DNA of 64,000 bases from Candidatus Cloacimonadales bacterium (GTDB lineage: Bacteria > Cloacimonadota > Cloacimonadia > Cloacimonadales > JAIOQZ01): assembly GCA_963662655.2 (NCBI GenBank), contig CAXXTU010000002.1, positions 320,001-384,000 on the forward strand, read 5' to 3'. Below are positions 49,685 to 58,686 of this stretch, one piece after another. The stretch's first letter is position 1, and the number at the start of each line of letters is the position of its first letter. Below the pieces are notes generated by a model, which was given only the letters and a program-made list of their open reading frames with translations, was not told the origin of the DNA and searched no databases. Made by a program: the position numbers and the translations under genes.

Positions 49685-52033
49685 CTATTCGTACATCAGG
49701 GTTTTTGACGGATTCATCCGTGCGACCATGATCGATTGATACGCCACGGTGCTGAGGGCGATCAGGATCGACATGAGGCTTGCGAGGATGAAAATCCATA
49801 CGCTGATATCCGTATGGAAGGCGTAGTTCATGAGCCACTTTCGCATGGCGAGCCATGCAAGCGGAATGGCAATCACATTGCCGATGACGACCCAGCGAAT
49901 GAAGTCGAGTCCCAGGAGCACGATGACGTTTCCAATCGAAGCCCCAAGCGTCTTGCGAATGCCAATTTCCTTTGTCCTTTGCATGGTCATGAACGATGCA
50001 AGTCCGAAAAGACCCATGCACGAAATGACCACTGCAAGAATCGTGAAGGTAAGGAACAGCCATCCGATATTGATCGTCTGCCTGAAGTAGTAATTCAAGT
50101 GCTCGTCAAAATACATCATCTCGAACGGGTAATCGGGACTGATCTCGTTCCAGTGCTTCTCGATGCGTTCGATCGCATCTCCCTGGTCACCGGGACCAAG
50201 CCGAACAAAGAGCTTATTGAATGTTGTCGGATATCGCCAGAAGAGAGCCGGCTCGATCTCGTTGCCAAAACCGTGGAAGATGAAGTCTTCGCATACTCCG
50301 ACAACAGGCCCCTTCATGCCCCATAAAGTGATCTGCTGTCCGATGGGATTCTCGTACGGCATCAGCTTCGCCATGCTTTCATTGATAACGAAGTGAGCGT
50401 CTTCCACACCTTTTTCAAAAGGAATCTCCTCGCCCAACACCAATTTTATCCCAAACGTCTTGAAGTAATCGTAATCCGGGAACGCGGTATTGATCAAAAA
50501 CGTCTCATCGGGGGATTTACCCTCCCAATCGACACTGCTCGTGGATGATCCGATATTGGAAGGCGTTTCGCTTCCGCTCGATACTGCTACAACTCCTGGA
50601 TCGTCCTTGAGCTTGTCTCGCATGAGTTCCACAAGCTCTACCTTTCCGCGTGGAAGCTCAACGATGATTACGTTCTCCTTATCGTACCCCAGGTCCTTAT
50701 TCTGTAAATAGCGAGATTGATTGTAGATAACAAGCGTGGATATGATCAGTCCGATGGACAGGGCAAACTGGAGGACAACCAGCAGTTTGCGCAGGAATGA
50801 CTTGCTGGATCCGATGCGCGCCCCCTTGAGCGTTACCACGGGCCTGTACGAAGACAACGCGATCGCCGGATACAGGCCTGCAATGCCCCCGATGATAACG
50901 ATAAATCCGATTACAGCAGGGAAGAAGAGCGGATTCGAGAAGGGATTCTGCATCGAGAAACCGGAGCGCTGATTAAAGAAGAAGATAAGCATCGAAGTCA
51001 TCGCCAAGGCGAAGACCAGAGCGATGAGGACGGTTAGATACGATTCCACGTAAAATTGGGCGACTAGCTGTGCTTTTCGGGCCCCAGCCACTTTGCGCAG
51101 GCCTACCTCGCGTGCCCTGAGCGCAGATCTGGCCGTCGAAATGTTCATGAAGTTGATGCATGCAATGAGGATAATGAAGATCGCGATCACACCGAAAATA
51201 CGGATATATTGCATCTTCAGTTCGCTGCCATCCAGATTGTAAAGGGTCATGTCCCGCAGCGATTGCAGATGAAGCGTTACGACCGATCCCTCGTTGTTCT
51301 GTTTGACAACATCTCCGATGGCTTTCGAAACGTTCTCGGGGGATGCTCCGGGCTTGAGCAAGGCGTAAGTTCTGAAGCTGTTGTAAGCCCAATCTTCGAC
51401 CATTGCATTGGAAAAGTTTGTTACATCTGAAAAGGGGAAAATGAAGTCCACGTCGTACATCGCATCGTCAGGCTGCTCCGCAAACACTCCCGCGACCTGT
51501 GCCTCGTAATCCTTATTCACTTTAAATACCTTGTTCAGAGGATTCTCGTCACCGAAATACTTCCTGGCTGCCTTCTCCGAAATGACAACCGTGTTGGGCG
51601 CGGTCAGCGCTTGGACCTTCTGGCCTTGGATGAAGTTGAAGCTGAATATGTCGAAAAAAGTCGGCTGGGCGCAAATGATGTTGTTTTCCATGAAAACGAG
51701 ATCGTTATACTGCACGGGATATTTCTGCCATACATTGGAAAGTACCGCTGCTTTCTCGATATCGGGATTGATCTCTTGCAGTTTGCTCGCGAGAGGTCCG
51801 GGAGTCGCTGTGGTGTAGAATGTGTCGCGACCGTTGTAAGCTTGAGCTTCATATACCATGTAGATGCGGGAATAATTCTCGTTGAACGCGTCATGGTTCA
51901 ATGTCTGCCAGATCCATGATCCGATAATGATCGATATTGCAAGACCGAAAGACAATCCTAAAATATTGATCGCGGTGTAGAACTTGTACCGGAACAGATT
52001 GCGGACTGCGATCTTCAGGTAGTTTATAAACAT
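49685..52033 (-). CDS. MacB/FtsX-type ABC transporter permease
   Basis: NYLKIAVRNL, REVGLRKV, RTKEIGIRKTLGA, ARMNP. Confidence 0.9.
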   Translation of the reverse strand: MFINYLKIAVRNLFRYKFYTAINILGLSFGLAISIIIGSWIWQTLNHDAFNENYSRIYMVYEAQAYNGRDTFYTTATPGPLASKLQEINPDIEKAAVLSNVWQKYPVQYNDLVFMENNIICAQPTFFDIFSFNFIQGQKVQALTAPNTVVISEKAARKYFGDENPLNKVFKVNKDYEAQVAGVFAEQPDDAMYDVDFIFPFSDVTNFSNAMVEDWAYNSFRTYALLKPGASPENVSKAIGDVVKQNNEGSVVTLHLQSLRDMTLYNLDGSELKMQYIRIFGVIAIFIILIACINFMNISTARSALRAREVGLRKVAGARKAQLVAQFYVESYLTVLIALVFALAMTSMLIFFFNQRSGFSMQNPFSNPLFFPAVIGFIVIIGGIAGLYPAIALSSYRPVVTLKGARIGSSKSFLRKLLVVLQFALSIGLIISTLVIYNQSRYLQNKDLGYDKENVIIVELPRGKVELVELMRDKLKDDPGVVAVSSGSETPSNIGSSTSSVDWEGKSPDETFLINTAFPDYDYFKTFGIKLVLGEEIPFEKGVEDAHFVINESMAKLMPYENPIGQQITLWGMKGPVVGVCEDFIFHGFGNEIEPALFWRYPTTFNKLFVRLGPGDQGDAIERIEKHWNEISPDYPFEMMYFDEHLNYYFRQTINIGWLFLTFTILAVVISCMGLFGLASFMTMQRTKEIGIRKTLGASIGNVIVLLGLDFIRWVVIGNVIAIPLAWLAMRKWLMNYAFHTDISVWIFILASLMSILIALSTVAYQSIMVARMNPSKTLMYE

Positions 52034-52372
52034 AGCTACTGCCTTCTGTTTTTACCAAATTGATTCTGCGTTTCTCATTTTGTAAAGGAATATTTAAAGA
52101 GAACGGGTTGTAATCATACAATTCATCACGAGCATGAATTTTTTCCTATGCAATTAGCATCCGGCGTTTCATTATTGCCGGTAAATAGTACTCGCGGTGT
52201 GAACCGATAATACTTGCTTGATCTCAGTCGGTAAGGTATAATATAGTATATGCCTTACGGGCGAGGTGTGATTTCAATCCGTAGTTATCCGAAATGAATC
52301 AGTTGATGATGGTCACGCGAACGCTTGCATCGGAATGTTAAGCAAGTCCTTACGGAAACAAAGGGGGAGCCG

Positions 52373-53533
52373 ATGACAGACTTGTTGCAATTGAGAAAAT
52401 TCGTTGCACCCGAGATCATTTTTGGTGCGGGAGCCAGGAGACTTACCAGTCGTTACGCTCAACTGCTCAGCGCCTCGAAAGTGTTTGTCGTTACCGATAA
52501 AGGTGTGATGGATGCCGGTTGGGTGGACGAAATCCTGAGAGATTTCGAGAAAGACAACATCGATTATGAAATATTCTCCAACGTTTCGCCCAATCCTCGC
52601 GCAAAACAAGTTCTGGAAGGCGCAGCAGCTCTCGAAAAAGCCAGGTGCAACCTGATCGTTGCCATCGGTGGGGGAAGCCCCATGGACTGTGCCAAGGGGA
52701 TCGGCATCGTCTATTCGCATGGAAAGGATATCATCGATTTCGAAGGCGTTGACAAAATCAGAAAGCCGATTCCCCCTCTGATTTTCGTTCCCACGACAGC
52801 CGGTACTTCATCCGATGTTTCTCAGTTCACAATCATCAATCGCGAGGATGAGCAGCGGAAGATAGCGATCGTGAGCAAAGCGCTTGTGCCTGATGTTGCG
52901 CTGATCGATCCGGAAACGACAACGACCATGAATAACTATCTGACGGCCTGTACGGGTGTCGATGCGCTGGTCCACGCGATCGAGGCGTATGTATCGGTAG
53001 GTTGTGGGCCATTGACGGATAGCGACGCGCTGGAGGCGATCAAGCTGATCTGGAGACACCTGCCGGAGCTTCTCCACAACCCCGATAACGTGTTCCTGCG
53101 AGAGAAGGTTATGCTTGCAAGCATGAAAGCTGGGCTGGCGTTTTCGAATGCGGGACTGGGCGCAGTTCATGCGCTGGCGCATAGCCTGGGCGGTTTTCTC
53201 GACTTGCCCCACGGCGAGTGCAACGCGATGCTGCTGGACCATGTCGTTGATTTCAACTACATGCAGCGCCAGGTTCGTTACAGGAAGATAGCGAAAATGA
53301 TGGACATAGAAATAAATGATATGGACAGTCAGGAGATTCGGAAAAACCTGCTCTCGAGAATCAGATGGCTGAGGAAGGATGTCGGGATAACGGAAACCTT
53401 GGGATCGCGCGGAGTGAAGAAAGAGGACATACATGTGCTCTCGGAAAAGGCAGCGAAAGACCCCTGTATGCTGACGAATCCTCGCAAGGCAACTCTGAGC
53501 GAAATCGAATCGATATATAACGAAGCATATTAA
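52373..53533 (+). CDS. Iron-containing alcohol dehydrogenase-like protein (ErcA-like)
   Basis: LRKFVAPEIIFG, GGGSPMD, PTTAGT, DALVH, HALAH, HG. Confidence 0.85.
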   Translation: MTDLLQLRKFVAPEIIFGAGARRLTSRYAQLLSASKVFVVTDKGVMDAGWVDEILRDFEKDNIDYEIFSNVSPNPRAKQVLEGAAALEKARCNLIVAIGGGSPMDCAKGIGIVYSHGKDIIDFEGVDKIRKPIPPLIFVPTTAGTSSDVSQFTIINREDEQRKIAIVSKALVPDVALIDPETTTTMNNYLTACTGVDALVHAIEAYVSVGCGPLTDSDALEAIKLIWRHLPELLHNPDNVFLREKVMLASMKAGLAFSNAGLGAVHALAHSLGGFLDLPHGECNAMLLDHVVDFNYMQRQVRYRKIAKMMDIEINDMDSQEIRKNLLSRIRWLRKDVGITETLGSRGVKKEDIHVLSEKAAKDPCMLTNPRKATLSEIESIYNEAY

Positions 53534-53553
53534 TGGTTTGATATGAGGTATCA

Positions 53554-56500
53554 ATGAGCAAACGCCAACATGACGATGATATGAAAACGGAAGAAAGAGA
53601 ACAGACGCAGAAACTGGAAGGATTACTTGGCCTCGGGCAATTCTCGGCGCACAAGAGCTATTATCCCGAACTTCAAAAGAAGATCGATGAGCTGGAGCGT
53701 GAGAAACACAAGTACAAACGGATTTTCACGGAAGCTCTCTATGGAATCTTCCAGACGGATCAAGACGGCAAGTTGATTATCGCCAATCCTGCTCTGGCAT
53801 TGATCTGCGGTTATGATTCACCCGAGGAGATGCTCGAAATGGGGGACATCTCAACGCAGTTATTCGTAGATGAGAAGGAAGCGCAGCGCTTCTTCAAGGA
53901 CGTGGCCGAAGAAGGTTCCCTTGAGTTATGGGAAACAGCGTTTCGCGATAAAAACGGTCGGGTTATCGACGTTTCGCTTAGCGCCTCCATCATTGATACG
54001 GGTGAGCAATCGGCAATTGAAGTGTTTGTTCAGGATATCTCCGAGAAGAAACAAGCCGAGAGAGAGCTTAGAAGAAGCGAAGAACGGCTTCGCACGACCC
54101 TTGATTCAATCGGGGACGCGGTTATCGCTACCGATACGGACGGACGTGTCATCCGAATGAATCCGGTTGCCGAGGAATTGACAGGCTGGCCGTTCACCGA
54201 AGCGAAGGGCCAGAGGCTCGAGGAAGTATTCAACATCGTCAATGCGAAAACCAGAGAATCTGTTGAAAACCCGGTCGTGCGGGTGATCCGTTCCGGCAGG
54301 ATCGTGGGGCTCGCCAATCATACGCTGCTGCTCTCAAGAGATGGAAGCGAGTATCAAATTGCGGATTCGGCTGCCCCGATACGAGATACGAACGGGGAAC
54401 TTCACGGTGTCGTGATGGTGTTCAGGGATGTTACCGAAGACTATCGACTGAGGGACCAGCTCGAGGCAAACGAGGCTTTTCTGAACGACGTGTTCAACAG
54501 CATTCAGGATGGTGTGAGCATTCTCGATAATGACATGAATATCATTCGGGTCAATAAAATGATGAACACCTGGTACAAAAAACATTTTCCTCTCGAAGGG
54601 AAGAAGTGCTACACGACCTATCACCACATCGACCAACCGTGTGAGGATTGCCCCTCGATTCGGTGCCGTGAGAGCGGGAAGACGGAAAGTAACGTTGTCC
54701 GGGGAATGCCGGGCTCAGAAATTGAATGGGTTGAGCTTTTCAGCTACCCGATAAAGGACAAGGAAACTGACCGGGTCGTTGGCGTCGTCGAGTTTGTACA
54801 CAATATAACAAATCAGAGACGGGCGGAAGATGAATTGAGCCGCATTTTCAAGATGTCTCTCGACATGATTTGCATCGCGGATCTGGACACGACGAATTTC
54901 CTGAAAATCAATCCGGCATTCACGAGAATTCTGGGCTACGATGAAAATGAATTGCTGAATCATCCATTTATCGAATTCATCCATCCAGACGATGTTCAAA
55001 CCACGCTGGAAACCATGGAGCAGAAGCTGAAATCAGGTGAGGATGTCGTCGATTTCAGTAACCGCTATCGCTGCAAGGACGGCTCTTATCGCATGCTTCG
55101 CTGGGTGTCTCACCCGGATATTGTTCGCGGGGTAATGTATGCCAGCGCCCACGATATAACCGATTTCATCGAGCGCCAGGAAGCAATCGAGAGGAGCGAA
55201 ACGAAGTTCAGAAGTATCATTGAATCCACGCCTTTGGGTATTCACCTGTTTTACCTCGACGACAAAGGGATTATCCGGTTCGAAGATTGCAATAGCGCAG
55301 CAAAGAAGATACTCGGTTTCGATCATGCCGACTTGATCGGGCTTCCTATCGATGAGGCTGTGCCGATGTTGAAGAAGAATCCTCTTATGGAGAAGTACTA
55401 TAGAACAATCACGGAAGGTGTTTCGATGGAATTCGAAAACGAGTTCATCGATTACAACCAGAAAAAACATATTTTCTCCGTCAACGCGTTCCAGACGGAA
55501 CCCTTGAAAATGGCCGTCGTTTTCCAGGATATCACGGAAAAGAAAAAAGCGGAGGCAGACCTCAGGGAAAGCGAAGATCGTTTCCGCTCGATCACCGAGC
55601 AAATAAGCGACATGATCTACCTAACAGATGAACGTGGAATCATCAAGTACGTGTCTCCCGCATCGGTGTTGATATTCAACATGGAGCCGGAAGAAATGAT
55701 CGGCCATCCGTTTACGGACTTCCTGGCTCCTGAATCGATTGAAGTAGCGGTGAGTTCGTTCAAGGAATCAATGTCCGGAGGAGTGTCTTCCGAAAATCTT
55801 GAATTGAACATGCGACGCAAGGGCGGAACCATTTTTCTCGGAGAACTGACTGGTAAGCTTTATCAGCATAGTGTTACGAAAGGTAATATCGGGGTAATCA
55901 GGGATATCAGCGATCGGAAAAAAGCGGAACAGAGCCTCCGGGAGAGTGAAGAGCTGTTCAGGACATTGTATAACAATTTACCGGGCGGAATGGTTCTCAT
56001 TGATGAAGATTACCGGATCGTGAACGTGAACAAGAGAACTTGTGAAATAACCGGTTATACAAGAGATGAGCTTGTCGGGCAGCTTTGCGATATCATTTGC
56101 CCCAAAGGCTCCATATCAAAGAAGTGCCCCATTTGGGAAGTCGGCCAGGAAGGCTTCGAGGGAATGGATACGTTCATCAAATGCAAGGATCAGACGTTCA
56201 ATCCGATACTTAAGAACGCCCGTAGAGTCATGGTGAACGGGAAAGAGCATATTCTGGAGGTATTCCAGGATATTCGCGAACAGAAGGAGATTGAGGGTGC
56301 GCTCCGCGAGAGCGAAACCCGCATGCGGAGTATCTTCAGGGCTGCTCCGGTGGGAATCGGAATCAGCTCCGAGAGAATTATTCAAACCGTGAACGATCGT
56401 TTTGAGGAAATAACCGGTTACACGAGGGCGGAGATTGTTGGGAAGAATACTCGGTTCCTGTATGCTTCGGAACATGACTACCGGAAGTCAAACGAAATGG

Positions 56501-58212
56501 GACAGGTTCTGATTCGGAGTGAAGGGATCGGAACCGTGGAAACCAGGTTCCTGCACAAGGATAACCGGATTATCGATGTATTGCTGGGCATTGCTCCGTT
56601 GAACCCGGAGAATCTATCGATGGGCGAAACGTTTACGATTCTCGATATCACCGACAGGAAAAAAGCTGAGGCGGAAATCCGGTTGCAAGCGCTCGTTCTC
56701 AGCCAGATCAGGGATTGTGTGACCGTAACGGACCTCACGGGGAAAATTACTTACGTGAACGAGGCGCAATCCAAAGAGATGGGGCGTCCCCGTGAAGACT
56801 TTATCGGCAGCTCTGTAAGGCAGTTCAGCGAGAACACGGAAAAGGGCATAAGCCAGGAAGAGATTATCAGCAAAACGCTGGAGGACGGAAACTGGGAAGG
56901 ACGGGTGTATAATTATAACTCCGATGGAAAAGAAGTGATCATGGATACAAGAACCCAGCTTGTGTACGACGAATCCGGCAAGAAGTTCGCGATGTGCGGT
57001 ATCGCAACGGATATTACGGAACGCCTGGAGCTGGAAAGAGAACGCGAGAAACTCCAGGAGCAATACTATCAGGCGATGAAACTGGAATCGATTGGTCGAC
57101 TTGCCGGTGGCGTTGCGCACGACTTGAACAACCTCCTGACTCCTGTGCTCGGGTACGGTGAATTGCTGATGCTGGAAGAGTTCCCGGATATTGAGACCCG
57201 CGAATCGGTTCGCCAGATCGTAAATGCTGCTACGCGAGCGAAGGATCTCGTTAGTCAGCTTCTTGCTTTCAGCCGGAAGCAAACATTGCGCTTCGAGCTT
57301 GTCGATGTGAACAGCCTCGTGAAGCGATTCGAGAAGCTATTGAGAATGACGATTCGCGAAGACATAAAGATGGATATCCAGCTGAGCGATCAAGCCTTGT
57401 TTGCGGAAGGGGATATCGGGCAACTGGAGCAGGTTGTCATGAACCTGGCGGTGAATGCGCAGGACGCGATGCCTCACGGTGGGCGCCTCAGTATTTCGAC
57501 GAGTCAGGTATCTCTGGAAGAACCGTATATTACGGCACATGAGCCGATTGACTCGGGGAAGTACATTGTGCTCTCAGTTTCCGATTCCGGGCATGGAATG
57601 GATAAGGAGACGCAGAAACAGATTTTCGAGCCGTTCTTCACGACGAAGAACAAGCACAAGGGAACCGGCCTTGGCCTCGCTACGGTGTATGGCATCGTGA
57701 AGCAGCACGAAGGCGGTATCATGGTGCGGAGCGAGATGGACAAAGGCACGACCTTCGAAGTTTACCTGCCTCTGGCAAGGGGATCGGTCGAAATATTGGA
57801 AGACGATTCTTCCCCGGCAAGTCATTCGTTTGGAGGAGCGGAGACCATTTTGCTCGTGGAAGACGACGAACAGGTGTTGAAGCTGGCGGAATCCATCCTG
57901 AAGCACCACGGTTACATCGTGATCAAGGCCTCGAATGGCGTAAAAGCGCTGGAGAAGCTCAGCATGATCGAGAACAAGATCGATTTGCTGGTGACCGATG
58001 TCGTTATGCCCGAGATGAACGGGAAACAGCTTTACGACGAAGTAATCGAAAGAATACCGGATATCAGGGTGCTGTTCATGTCCGGCTACACGGACGATGT
58101 GATTGCCACCAGGGGCATTCTGGATTCGGGGCTCCACTACATCCAGAAACCATTTACCGTACAGTCGCTCGCGGCACGGGTCCGCGAAGCTCTGGATGAG
58201 CATTCGGAATAG
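53554..58212 (+). CDS. Multi-PAS hybrid histidine kinase
   Basis: About 9 PAS/PAC repeats, AHDLNN H-box, GTGLGL, C-terminal receiver. Confidence 0.9.
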   Translation: MSKRQHDDDMKTEEREQTQKLEGLLGLGQFSAHKSYYPELQKKIDELEREKHKYKRIFTEALYGIFQTDQDGKLIIANPALALICGYDSPEEMLEMGDISTQLFVDEKEAQRFFKDVAEEGSLELWETAFRDKNGRVIDVSLSASIIDTGEQSAIEVFVQDISEKKQAERELRRSEERLRTTLDSIGDAVIATDTDGRVIRMNPVAEELTGWPFTEAKGQRLEEVFNIVNAKTRESVENPVVRVIRSGRIVGLANHTLLLSRDGSEYQIADSAAPIRDTNGELHGVVMVFRDVTEDYRLRDQLEANEAFLNDVFNSIQDGVSILDNDMNIIRVNKMMNTWYKKHFPLEGKKCYTTYHHIDQPCEDCPSIRCRESGKTESNVVRGMPGSEIEWVELFSYPIKDKETDRVVGVVEFVHNITNQRRAEDELSRIFKMSLDMICIADLDTTNFLKINPAFTRILGYDENELLNHPFIEFIHPDDVQTTLETMEQKLKSGEDVVDFSNRYRCKDGSYRMLRWVSHPDIVRGVMYASAHDITDFIERQEAIERSETKFRSIIESTPLGIHLFYLDDKGIIRFEDCNSAAKKILGFDHADLIGLPIDEAVPMLKKNPLMEKYYRTITEGVSMEFENEFIDYNQKKHIFSVNAFQTEPLKMAVVFQDITEKKKAEADLRESEDRFRSITEQISDMIYLTDERGIIKYVSPASVLIFNMEPEEMIGHPFTDFLAPESIEVAVSSFKESMSGGVSSENLELNMRRKGGTIFLGELTGKLYQHSVTKGNIGVIRDISDRKKAEQSLRESEELFRTLYNNLPGGMVLIDEDYRIVNVNKRTCEITGYTRDELVGQLCDIICPKGSISKKCPIWEVGQEGFEGMDTFIKCKDQTFNPILKNARRVMVNGKEHILEVFQDIREQKEIEGALRESETRMRSIFRAAPVGIGISSERIIQTVNDRFEEITGYTRAEIVGKNTRFLYASEHDYRKSNEMGQVLIRSEGIGTVETRFLHKDNRIIDVLLGIAPLNPENLSMGETFTILDITDRKKAEAEIRLQALVLSQIRDCVTVTDLTGKITYVNEAQSKEMGRPREDFIGSSVRQFSENTEKGISQEEIISKTLEDGNWEGRVYNYNSDGKEVIMDTRTQLVYDESGKKFAMCGIATDITERLELEREREKLQEQYYQAMKLESIGRLAGGVAHDLNNLLTPVLGYGELLMLEEFPDIETRESVRQIVNAATRAKDLVSQLLAFSRKQTLRFELVDVNSLVKRFEKLLRMTIREDIKMDIQLSDQALFAEGDIGQLEQVVMNLAVNAQDAMPHGGRLSISTSQVSLEEPYITAHEPIDSGKYIVLSVSDSGHGMDKETQKQIFEPFFTTKNKHKGTGLGLATVYGIVKQHEGGIMVRSEMDKGTTFEVYLPLARGSVEILEDDSSPASHSFGGAETILLVEDDEQVLKLAESILKHHGYIVIKASNGVKALEKLSMIENKIDLLVTDVVMPEMNGKQLYDEVIERIPDIRVLFMSGYTDDVIATRGILDSGLHYIQKPFTVQSLAARVREALDEHSE

Positions 58213-58289
58213 GAAATTTGTCAGGGATCGTTTTGCTCGGTTCTCCTCTGAAGATGCGGGTGAGTAGTTAGAAATTTCTCACGCGAACA

Positions 58290-58542
58290 TAATCGTTTGG
58301 TCCTTCGACTCAATGAGAGATACGTGTTTTCTTCGCAAAACACACAGCATCAGGGTGACAAACGATTATTACAAAGATAGTTATCACCTGTTTCCCTTCG
58401 GGTCCCTTCAGTTGTAGGTTTAAGAAACAAGGAACCTGGATTCCACACAGTGACACTAATGTTTTACAACCGTTTGGGATGATTTAAATTATCCTCCGTG
58501 TCACCCTGAGTTCCGCGAAGCGGTGCATCGAAGGATACACGG
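58290..58542. repeat. Inverted pair of REP-like hairpins
   Basis: TCCTTCGA...TCAGGGTGACA (58301-58360) and TGTCACCCTGA...TCGAAGGA (58499-58535). Confidence 0.5.
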
Positions 58543-58686
58543 TTGAAAACGACGCGGAATTATCATCTTCAGTAAATCGGACAAGCCAATTTACGGAAAG
58601 TTCATGTTGACAACCTTGCGCGCACCATTTGGATGATATCGATAATGATTATCAACAAGGATATTGAATAGATTTCAGGGGAATAA

